From the IMG/VR virus record IMGVR_UViG_3300046370_000202: a stretch of DNA of 64,000 bases, one strand, 5' to 3'. The notes beneath the pieces are model-generated. The model worked only from the letters and a program-made list of their open reading frames with translations, did no database searches and had not been told where the DNA came from. The translations under genes were made by a program, and so were the position numbers. The DNA comes from a virus. How positions within the stretch are numbered: the stretch's first letter is position 1; each line of letters begins with the position of its first letter. Positions 56,040 through 64,000 of this stretch are shown piece by piece.

Positions 56040-56980
56040 GCTTTGATCTCTACGTTTGCCATACATTCAGTGAGACAAGCAACTAAATTCAACTCATGGT
56101 CCGCAACAAACGCATTCTTGTACTGATAGTCAGCCAGAATGAGAACCAACTGAGGTATACTATTCGGGTCAACATGATCATACATCCTATCATATAAACC
56201 ACGAAATATCGCCGTGGGTTCTAGATCAAGATTGTTGACAACCCAAGATCGCATCTTCTTAAAGTTTTTGTCGCGTAAAGAAGTAAACAACTGCGTGTAT
56301 GTGTCGGAGATATCGGTCTGTTTATCGGGAACGGTGTTGAGTGTTCCTGATATTGTTCCGCGCTGACATTCATTAAGAACACGTCGCCAGTCTGGAGCAT
56401 GTTTCATAATGATCTGCGCAACGACCGATTTCTCATACTCAACGTTTTCAGATTTTAGAATATCAACAACCCGTGACATGAAGTCGCCACAGAGCTCCGG
56501 AAGATCAGTCTTACTAAAGTTAAACGAATACTTGGAACATCGCGAGTGGAGAGGTTCAATAATACGATTCTCAAAGTTGCACGTCATAATGAAACGACAG
56601 TTCTTTGAGAACTCTTCAATAAACCCACGCAACGCGGGCTGTGTGGACTGTGGATTGAGATAGTCCGCCTCATCTAGGATAACAACCTTGTACCCACCAG
56701 ACAGGGACACCGAAGAGGCAAACTGCTTGATCTTCCCGCGTAGGGTGTCAATATTGCCTTCTTCTGATCCGTTGATTACGATGTAGTCAAGATCCAACTC
56801 ATCACAGATAGCTTTGGCAACAGTAGTTTTACCCGTACCTGCACTCCCTGCAAACATCATATTAGGCAGTTCTCCGCCTTTAACGATGTTTTGAAAAGTT
56901 GTTTTTAACTCCGCAGGCAGAATAGTCTGCGACACAGCGGTGGGACGGTATTTTTCAACCCAGAGAAATTCATTACTCAT
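56036..56980 (-). CDS. 44: clamp loader large subunit gp44
   Basis: WVEKYRP, G.GKT, ILDEAD, SRC. Confidence 0.95.
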   Translation of the reverse strand: MSNEFLWVEKYRPTAVSQTILPAELKTTFQNIVKGGELPNMMFAGSAGTGKTTVAKAICDELDLDYIVINGSEEGNIDTLRGKIKQFASSVSLSGGYKVVILDEADYLNPQSTQPALRGFIEEFSKNCRFIMTCNFENRIIEPLHSRCSKYSFNFSKTDLPELCGDFMSRVVDILKSENVEYEKSVVAQIIMKHAPDWRRVLNECQRGTISGTLNTVPDKQTDISDTYTQLFTSLRDKNFKKMRSWVVNNLDLEPTAIFRGLYDRMYDHVDPNSIPQLVLILADYQYKNAFVADHELNLVACLTECMANVEIKA

Positions 56981-57120
56981 TCGTACCTCATAATATAATA
57001 AAAGTTGTAGGGAGTATTATACTACATTTCTCCCTTCAAGTAAACCTCTCGCATAATTTATTTATGCGATTACAGTTAATAATGTCAATTAATTTTTACA
57101 ATGTGAACAATCAATAAAGA

Positions 57121-57714
57121 TTATATGCGTTCATCCGCATAAGCGTGATTGACTTTGGCGTGGTGCATTTCATCACGACGGACACAAACAATCATATCAG
57201 AGAGCATTGCACCCTCTTCAAGATCTACGTAATAGTCAATGGCAATTTGTGGGGCAGGAACATCCTCAATCTCCCCTGCAGATATTAGTGCCAAGTAACT
57301 GGTGTAACTATTTACAGCCTCTTCTTCAAAGTACCCAGTCATGCGATGCGCAGTACGGGGAAACAACATATACATCAAAAGATAATAATGCCAGAAGATA
57401 AACTGAACAAAAATAATGAGAACCCTCTCTAGAACAGAAGGATGAACTATTTCCATAAAGAACATTAAGTGCTTGCGTTCATTAGTGGCTTCGTCTAACA
57501 GTTCTTGGATCTTGGTGCCGTTACCCTTCTGTAGTCTGCGTAGACTATACAAGTGGGTTAACATTCCGCCAACCATGCCCGGCACTCCAGCAACTGTCTC
57601 TAAAATGAGAGCGCGTTTGCCATAGTTTCGCCGGAAGAACGTGTCTGCAAAAAACCTAAAGAAAGAGGTCATTGATCTTGCAAACACATCTGACATTTTT
57701 GTAGTGATATTCAC
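57121..57714 (-). CDS. aox: alternative oxidase (ubiquinol oxidase)
   Basis: LETVAGVPGMV, NER.HL, GYFEEEAV, R.DE.HH di-iron motifs. Confidence 0.92.
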   Translation of the reverse strand: MNITTKMSDVFARSMTSFFRFFADTFFRRNYGKRALILETVAGVPGMVGGMLTHLYSLRRLQKGNGTKIQELLDEATNERKHLMFFMEIVHPSVLERVLIIFVQFIFWHYYLLMYMLFPRTAHRMTGYFEEEAVNSYTSYLALISAGEIEDVPAPQIAIDYYVDLEEGAMLSDMIVCVRRDEMHHAKVNHAYADERI

Positions 57715-57728
57715 GGAATCTCCAAAGA

Positions 57729-57794
<66 letters not shown>

Positions 57795-57804
<10 letters not shown>

Positions 57805-58043
57805 ATGTTCTGTTTCAGTTTTTCCTTACTTCTTTCTGTAAGGGACCTTACTATGTATATGCGAGTGAACGCTACAAACGATATTCCAACAGTAAGAATT
57901 GTGGACAGAGTTAAAGGATCCGTAATTCCCCACTTAACAACCGCTAGCCAGGTGTAGAAGATGTTAAGTGGGTAATTGATGACCGTCCCAAGAGCAACGT
58001 GGATAGACGTTTCTTTTGCAATCAGGGGATCATATAGTTTCAT
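57795..58043 (-). CDS. membrane protein
   Basis: Two TM helices; start re-called at MKLYD. Confidence 0.55.
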
Positions 58044-58122
58044 AAAAAAAGGGGTTCGTGGGTATATAAACATTATAAAAAAATCATTCGCAGGCAACAG
58101 GTCACCCACGAACCCAAACTGG

Positions 58123-58326
58123 TTACTTGGCAGATTCTTCTGCCTGTTGTTGCGTGAGAGTCTCGTAAAGAGCCACAACCTGAATTGCTTGGTCACGCAA
58201 CTGTCCGATAGTAGTGAGTTCTTCACCTTTGAAACCACCACGAGTGACGACGGTATCTACAACCGCGACACAGGAACGTGACACGCGATTTGCAAGTTCG
58301 TTAAATGTTGTTTGTTCTTCAGTCAT
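58123..58326 (-). CDS. conserved hypothetical protein
   Basis: D....RGGFKGEEL..IG.LRD. Confidence 0.65.
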   Translation of the reverse strand: MTEEQTTFNELANRVSRSCVAVVDTVVTRGGFKGEELTTIGQLRDQAIQVVALYETLTQQQAEESAK

Positions 58327-58327
58327 G

Positions 58328-59005
58328 TTAAGCTCCGTATGTTGATGACTTTTCAAGTGCAATGAAATATTGCGTGTTAGAATTAATTGATCGGAAGTGT
58401 GAGATCAACTTAGTTGAGACCGACACCTCATAGTCTTCTCCCAACAACTTCATGTTACCCACACCCATAACAAAGTTGAAGTCTGCGTCCACAGGGAACT
58501 GACCTTCAACCAAGATAGAGTATGAGTTTGATGTGGAATCGTTGGTATCGATCACAGACACTTCAATAGAGTTCCCATTGGGACGGATTGATATGTTGTC
58601 ATATCCAAGAGCAGACGACGCACGTTTGATCTTACTTAGTGTCTCGTTTGTGAGTATAAATTTGACCTCACACTCAGGCATCACGATATCTTTCTTGGGT
58701 GCAGAAAGCATCTCTGGATCAGAGTAGAAGTACTTAACCGAAGAAAGGCCACTGCCGTCCGAAACGGTACAGAAGTGTTCGCCAAAAGTAATTGATGGAT
58801 TGTCTACCAGAGACAACACAGACAAGAACTCAGACAAATCATAGATACCAAATGTGTTTGGAAAGTCCTCTTCGATCTCAGCGCGAGATACGATGTTCTT
58901 TGCGATAGACATGGTCTTCAAGACGTTTCCGCCATTGACAACAATGTTTGGATTGATAGTCGAGAAGTTTCGCAAGATCTCGACCGTGCGACTAGATAGT
59001 TCCAT
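58328..59005 (-). CDS. 45: sliding clamp gp45
   Basis: L.NFS.IN, FGIYDL.EFL, Y.IALE. Confidence 0.95.
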   Translation of the reverse strand: MELSSRTVEILRNFSTINPNIVVNGGNVLKTMSIAKNIVSRAEIEEDFPNTFGIYDLSEFLSVLSLVDNPSITFGEHFCTVSDGSGLSSVKYFYSDPEMLSAPKKDIVMPECEVKFILTNETLSKIKRASSALGYDNISIRPNGNSIEVSVIDTNDSTSNSYSILVEGQFPVDADFNFVMGVGNMKLLGEDYEVSVSTKLISHFRSINSNTQYFIALEKSSTYGA

Positions 59006-59060
59006 TAGATGTTTCCTCAGTTGATATGTTGCACATTATATAACATTCTATACCCACTTG

Positions 59061-60785
59061 TCAAGTGGTCTCTCTCATACGACTGAAATTTTTATCCTTT
59101 ACGAACGACAACTTTCGTTCGAAGTGGGCATCTTCAAGCTCAGTCTTGTGTGAGATTACAAACACATTGGTGTCTTCTTTTAATGTGTCAATAATCTTCA
59201 TAAGGTTGTCGACACCCTCCCCATCGAGAGACGAATCAAAAGTCTCATCAAGGATCAACAGGTTAGTCGACACAGAATTTTTCATCTTGGCAATCTGTCG
59301 CCAAGTGAACAAAAGAGATAGGTCAATACGTTGCTTCTCCCCTTCTGAGAAAGAATCGTAAGAGAAGGTGTCGCGGTAACGAGACCGGATAGTCTCAGTG
59401 AAACTATCATCCAACTCAAAGTGAACAAAGAAGTCTAGGATTTGCAAGTACTTGTTAGTCAGTTCGTTGATGACCGGAATATACTGACGAATGATTTTAG
59501 TCTTAATACCCGTATCACGCAACAACTCACTGGCAATGCGGTTATAAGATGAACGCTCGGTCAGTTTAAATTTGTTGTCTGTGAGATCGTGCAACTCAGA
59601 ATCTAGTTCAGTAAGGTCTGCGTTTGCTTGTCCCATGTCTCCATCACTGTTAGACATCTGAGAAAGGTCAGACTGAATCTTTTGGACATTTTGAGTCAAT
59701 CGTGAAACCAGTTGCATATTGTTATTCATAACATTCTGCTTGTGGGCTAATTCCGACATCTCAGACTCTAGTCTCTCAATGTTTTCTTGGTACTCTAGTA
59801 GTTGTTTATCAGCCTCTGACATTAAACCCTTGAGTTCTTTGGCGCGATCAGTCGCAGCGGACTTTTTAGATTGTCGCAACTCATCACCAATGTCTTGATC
59901 ACAGGTCGGGCAGTGTTCATGTTGATCAAAGAACTTTGCGTCTTTAACCACAGATTTTACCTGAGTATCAAACTGTGTACGATACTTTTCTAGTTTTTGT
60001 TTATTGGTACGGATTTTGCACAGTTCATCTTGCACAGAAGGTAACAAATTATTGACGGTCTCTGACAGTTCTGCCGTCGCTTCGTTGAGTGTAGCGATAT
60101 CGTCATTAAGACCCCGAATCTCTGACTCTTTCTCTTTACGTTGTTGCGTATTGATAGCAGTCAGATCACGAATGTATTTCTTCTGTGCGTTGATCTTGGT
60201 CTTTACAACTTCTATAGAATGGTTGTTGTTCTCGAGCTCGCCTTTGAGGAGAGAGGTTTTCTCCTTGAGTATCACATTCATTTTAGAAAATATGTTAATA
60301 TCAAGAAGGTCTTCTATCACGTCACGCCGAGAGGTTGAGTTGAGTTGCATGAACGGGATAAACGACGACGAGCCGAGAACAACAATTTGGTGGAAACTCT
60401 TGTGAGACATTTGTAAGATGTTCTTCTCAAGAATCTCTTGATACTCTCGTGAGTGAGAACTCTGGTTGATCATAGTACCATCTTTCCAGATTTCAAACTT
60501 CGCGGGTTTAATACCACGCACGATACGGTATCCAATACCGTTGACAGTAAAGGTCACTTCCGACAAACAATCTTTATTGTTGATTGTGTTGATTAACTGG
60601 TTCTTAGTAATCTTACGATGTGCCTTACCGAACAACGCAAACGACAGTGCGTCTAGCATTGTGGACTTACCCGCACCGTTCTCACCGACAATGAGATTGG
60701 TCGAGCAGTCAAGGAAATTAATTTCGTTAAAATAGTTACCCGTCGAAAGAAAGTTCTTCCAACGCAATGTTTCAAATCTAATCAT
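59061..60785 (-). CDS. 46: SbcC/Rad50-like recombination ATPase gp46
   Basis: G.NGAGKST, CPTC hook, FSEGEK, LDE. Confidence 0.95.
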   Translation of the reverse strand: MIRFETLRWKNFLSTGNYFNEINFLDCSTNLIVGENGAGKSTMLDALSFALFGKAHRKITKNQLINTINNKDCLSEVTFTVNGIGYRIVRGIKPAKFEIWKDGTMINQSSHSREYQEILEKNILQMSHKSFHQIVVLGSSSFIPFMQLNSTSRRDVIEDLLDINIFSKMNVILKEKTSLLKGELENNNHSIEVVKTKINAQKKYIRDLTAINTQQRKEKESEIRGLNDDIATLNEATAELSETVNNLLPSVQDELCKIRTNKQKLEKYRTQFDTQVKSVVKDAKFFDQHEHCPTCDQDIGDELRQSKKSAATDRAKELKGLMSEADKQLLEYQENIERLESEMSELAHKQNVMNNNMQLVSRLTQNVQKIQSDLSQMSNSDGDMGQANADLTELDSELHDLTDNKFKLTERSSYNRIASELLRDTGIKTKIIRQYIPVINELTNKYLQILDFFVHFELDDSFTETIRSRYRDTFSYDSFSEGEKQRIDLSLLFTWRQIAKMKNSVSTNLLILDETFDSSLDGEGVDNLMKIIDTLKEDTNVFVISHKTELEDAHFERKLSFVKDKNFSRMRETT

Positions 60786-61840
60786 GCAATTTCTACGGCC
60801 TGCGCCTCTACCATCAATTCGGACACAACACTTTTAATGCGGTCCTTGTCTAAATCAGTTTCGACTTCTTGTATGTAATTATAGATTAAAGTTTCCGTGT
60901 CGTCAACCCTTAAATCTTCGTCTGAGACATTTTCACCACGAAACTCACGGAAGTCTTCGGCAATCTTCAACTCATGAACTTTCTGTTGTTGAATGCGTTC
61001 TACATATCGTTCAAACTTCTGTAGGTCGGATCGGTTGGACACTATCAGTTTAACAAACTTGCCGTCAAGATATGATAAGTCTTCGAAATACTTAACCGTG
61101 TCCTCATCATAATAGATCTTGTGGAAGATAGTCACGTCATTCTGCACAGGCGTCAGTTCACGCGTTTCTGTGTCATAGATGTGGAAATACTTGGGGTCGT
61201 GCGCATCGTTCCAGAAGAACTCCATCTGCGCGCCTAGGTAGTGTATATTACCCTTGCTTGACTTGGTGTGAAAGTGTCCGGACAGAACTGTCTCAAACTT
61301 CTGCAGTGGTTTGGGGTCCATACCCTCTTTACAAACCAGACCCTTGTCCATCTCAAACCCTGCGAGCTCGAAGTGGCCACCGATCACATCGGCGCCACAG
61401 TTGTCCAAGAAAGTCATTACCTCTTTCTCATTCTCTGGACAGATCCAAGGCACAAGACCAAACTTAACACCGTCGTACTCACGAACGATCGGGTCCATAA
61501 GAATATCGACCTCGTTCATGTAATGACCCATCAACTCTTTGAGGGAGTTCAAACCATTGGTGTTTTTGTAATACACATCGTGGTTGCCGGGAATGATGTC
61601 CATGTGAATATTATAGTCACGCAGCTTGTCTAAAAAGATTCTACGATTGTGACTAAGCGCCTTGAGGTTGACCGTCTTACGATTATCGTAATAGTCACCT
61701 AAGTGAAGGATCTGCGAGATGTTATTCTCAAGCAGATAAGGAAAGAACACCTCAACGTAGAAACGTTCTTGGTAATCCATAAAAATTTCAGATGAATTGC
61801 GACACCCGCAGTGGGTGTCATTCAATATAGCGATCTTCAT
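60782..61840 (-). CDS. 47: SbcD/Mre11-like nuclease gp47
   Basis: DTH, GD, GNHD, SGHFH. Confidence 0.95.
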   Translation of the reverse strand: MKIAILNDTHCGCRNSSEIFMDYQERFYVEVFFPYLLENNISQILHLGDYYDNRKTVNLKALSHNRRIFLDKLRDYNIHMDIIPGNHDVYYKNTNGLNSLKELMGHYMNEVDILMDPIVREYDGVKFGLVPWICPENEKEVMTFLDNCGADVIGGHFELAGFEMDKGLVCKEGMDPKPLQKFETVLSGHFHTKSSKGNIHYLGAQMEFFWNDAHDPKYFHIYDTETRELTPVQNDVTIFHKIYYDEDTVKYFEDLSYLDGKFVKLIVSNRSDLQKFERYVERIQQQKVHELKIAEDFREFRGENVSDEDLRVDDTETLIYNYIQEVETDLDKDRIKSVVSELMVEAQAVEIA

Positions 61841-61854
61841 AAACTCTCAGTAAT

Positions 61855-61923
61855 TGGAGCGGGATGTAGGGATTTCACCTACTACAGTAAGGGGTACTCA
61901 CTGTCTCCATAACGAACTCCCGC
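61855..61923 (-). ncRNA. non-canonical tRNA-Gly-like RNA, copy 2
   Basis: GCGGGA/TCCCGC-T-CCA; 8-bp stem with TACCC loop; GTAGG/CCTAC. Confidence 0.75.
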
Positions 61924-61950
61924 ATTAAACTTTTACTAATTTAGACACAC

Positions 61951-61979
61951 ATTATACTATAGTATAGGAGTCATGTCAA
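61951..61979 (-). promoter_or_regulatory. sigma70 promoter
   Basis: TTGACA-N17-TATAAT upstream of the tRNA-like RNA and gene 47. Confidence 0.8.
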
Positions 61980-61980
61980 G

Positions 61981-62577
61981 TTAATCTTCCATCCATTCTG
62001 ATAAGTCTGAGTCTACATTTACCGCACGACGGCGACGTTGTTTTTCTTCCTTCACATACTCTTTGAACTCATGATCTGCAGACTTTACTGCGTCAATGCG
62101 CATACGCAAAGAGTCAATGAAAGGAGATGCTTGTTGAGCTGTATATCCATCTTCCTCAAGTGATTCAGCCAAGAAGTCCATAACATCCGCTTCGGCAATA
62201 TACTTGAGTTTGATGTTCTGTTGTTTTTTCTCTTTCTCTATTCTACGAAGAAACGCGAACCACGAGATCTGCGTAAAGTAAGCGAACGCATTTGGTTTGC
62301 CACTACGAGTTGCGGCCTCTATATTATAGTTCTCAATCGCTTTGAGCATATTCTCAACAGCGTCCATAACCATTTCTTCACGATAAGTGTATCGCACAAA
62401 GTTCCCCTTGTGAGAGAGACCTTCTGCAATCTTAAGAAAACAAGATGCGATATAATCCGGAACAACAGGTACGGATTTTTCACTAGACTTGGCTTCTCGG
62501 ACTTCAGTGCAGTACTCCACCACTGCATTTGAGAAATCTCTATTACTTACGTAATGTGGTTTTTCTTTTGGTTTCAT
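61981..62577 (-). CDS. 55: late sigma factor gp55
   Basis: HYV.N, IAEGLS...NF..Y, N.FAYFTQI...AF.RRI..EK. Confidence 0.93.
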   Translation of the reverse strand: MKPKEKPHYVSNRDFSNAVVEYCTEVREAKSSEKSVPVVPDYIASCFLKIAEGLSHKGNFVRYTYREEMVMDAVENMLKAIENYNIEAATRSGKPNAFAYFTQISWFAFLRRIEKEKKQQNIKLKYIAEADVMDFLAESLEEDGYTAQQASPFIDSLRMRIDAVKSADHEFKEYVKEEKQRRRRAVNVDSDLSEWMED

Positions 62578-62605
62578 AATATACAACTCGATTAATTAAG
62601 GTGAC

Positions 62606-62634
62606 ATTATACTATAATCTACACTGTTTGTCAA
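62606..62634 (-). promoter_or_regulatory. sigma70 promoter of gene 55
   Basis: TTGACA-N17-TATAAT. Confidence 0.8.
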
Positions 62635-62639
62635 TGCAC

Positions 62640-62668
62640 TTGACAGATCGCATTTTATAGTGTATAAT
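62640..62668 (+). promoter_or_regulatory. antisense-oriented sigma70 promoter
   Basis: TTGACA-N17-TATAAT on the + strand. Confidence 0.6.
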
Positions 62669-62696
62669 ATCTCTGTTGTCGAGGGAGGATAATATA

Positions 62697-63125
62697 CTAA
62701 TTAATTGTCATCCCTGTGGTGTCCGAATCAATGCCTTCTTCAGACAAATTCAAATTCATTTCATCAAGGAAATCATCCAGAGACAAAGAATCATTAAAGT
62801 CATCTTCTAACTGTTGGGCCTCATCCTCTTCTAGATATGCAGCCATTTCCTTTAATGCGTTTCCATACTGATTTACCATTTCTTCAGTAGGGACAGCAAT
62901 AGACATTACTTTATCCGTAAATATCATTATCACATTCATCGGTGAGTCTTGATACACCATATATGTTTTAAAAGCAAAAAACTTAGATCCATCATTCATT
63001 GTTTTGGCAGTGAGACTTAGTGCATTACGCACTATGAAAGATTCTTTCATCTCACTAATTAACTCACAAATAAGTTCCTCACCCGTTACTAATTTCAAAT
63101 GTTTAATCGAAGAGTTCGTCTCCAT
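62697..63125 (-). CDS. conserved T4-like hypothetical (Sm-like) protein
   Basis: KL.TGEE.I pattern; acidic tail. Confidence 0.65.
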   Translation of the reverse strand: METNSSIKHLKLVTGEELICELISEMKESFIVRNALSLTAKTMNDGSKFFAFKTYMVYQDSPMNVIMIFTDKVMSIAVPTEEMVNQYGNALKEMAAYLEEDEAQQLEDDFNDSLSLDDFLDEMNLNLSEEGIDSDTTGMTIN

Positions 63126-64000
63126 ATTCTTCTACTCTTATGGGTTTAAGGTCAATAGGATAGATCTTATAATCAAATCCTTCTTTAGTATATATCTTGA
63201 TTCTTTCAGCGCTATGCTTCAGGGTAAAATTCTTATGAGATTTGACATGGAGATCGTCAGCGATATCAATAAGCCTAGTACTCCTACCGTTGTCAGACTG
63301 ACGAAGGCCACGACCAATTGATTGGAGGACTTTGACTTGAGATTTGGACGGTGTCGCAAATATAATATTATGAAGGTTGCGGATGTTGATGCCAGTGCTG
63401 AAAGTGCCAAGAGAAGCGACAATAATAGCGTCATTTTCTTTTTCTACGATTCCTCGTATTTGTTCGCGATCAGTAGCGTCCACTTCCCCAGATACGTAAA
63501 ATACTTTACGGTCTTCAGCAGCCAACTTTCTGATCATATCGTATAATACCTTTCCATGTTTCTCTACAAATTGAAACATTACTAGGGTATTCCCTGTTTG
63601 ATCCAACGCAATTTTGCTGATAAACTTATTGCGTGGTTCATATGTGACAATGTAATCAAGTTCTTCTTGATAACTTTTGTCTTTCATCATGTGACAGATA
63701 TCGTTGTGGTATCTTAACAACAAGATTGAGATGTCCAACTCTGCCAGTTCTTTTGACTTTTGCAGTTCCACCGTGCGGGTAACAGTGAGTGTTGGACCAA
63801 ATAGTCCTTCTAAGACCAGTTTGTTTGTTTCGGTACCGTCAAGGGTACCAGTGAGACCAAATCTGTATTTGGCGTTGATGCATTTGTCCATCATGGTAGT
63901 GAGAGACTTTGCTTTGAATAGATGCACCTCATCGCCAAAGACAGTTCCGAACTGTTCAAACCACTCTTTGCCGAACTTATAGATAGATTGCCATGTTGAG
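63103..64000 (-). CDS. uvsW: SF2 helicase UvsW (partial, 5' end outside window)
   Basis: STWQS...GDEVH, GLTGT, STGINI, QSIGR.LR. Confidence 0.95.
   Translation of the reverse strand, partial: STWQSIYKFGKEWFEQFGTVFGDEVHLFKAKSLTTMMDKCINAKYRFGLTGTLDGTETNKLVLEGLFGPTLTVTRTVELQKSKELAELDISILLLRYHNDICHMMKDKSYQEELDYIVTYEPRNKFISKIALDQTGNTLVMFQFVEKHGKVLYDMIRKLAAEDRKVFYVSGEVDATDREQIRGIVEKENDAIIVASLGTFSTGINIRNLHNIIFATPSKSQVKVLQSIGRGLRQSDNGRSTRLIDIADDLHVKSHKNFTLKHSAERIKIYTKEGFDYKIYPIDLKPIRVEEYGDELFD

Overview
This window is a 64-kb segment of a large T4-like (myovirus) phage genome, transcribed almost entirely on the minus strand. It carries the T4 core replication, recombination and late-transcription module (uvsW, gp55, gp47/46, gp45, gp44/62, regA, gp43, uvsX, gp41) plus nrdA/nrdB and a T4-type lysozyme. 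It also has virion or fibre proteins with FG-GAP, glycine-rich and 43-aa repeats, 10 canonical tRNA genes, TATAAATA late promoters and sigma70-consensus early promoters. The auxiliary genes (isocitrate lyase, alternative oxidase, cytochrome c, di-haem peroxidase-like lipoprotein, peroxiredoxin, IscU, Hsp20, sugar-nucleotide enzymes) suggest an aerobic heterotrophic proteobacterial host; this is an inference. Three observations stand out. (1) Two dispersed copies of a non-canonical tRNA-Gly-like RNA have covarying stems, an invariant UACCC loop and GlyRS identity elements, but no TPsiC motif and no canonical D-loop GG. (2) A block of proteins starts with T4 internal-protein-like capsid-targeting sequences, including a ligase-like nucleotidyltransferase, a HxGH nucleotidyltransferase and a P-loop kinase, which are candidate virion-delivered enzymes. 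(3) A ~160-nt rod-shaped, 6S-like RNA lies next to tRNA-Ala. All product calls come from motif recognition by eye; no database searches were run.
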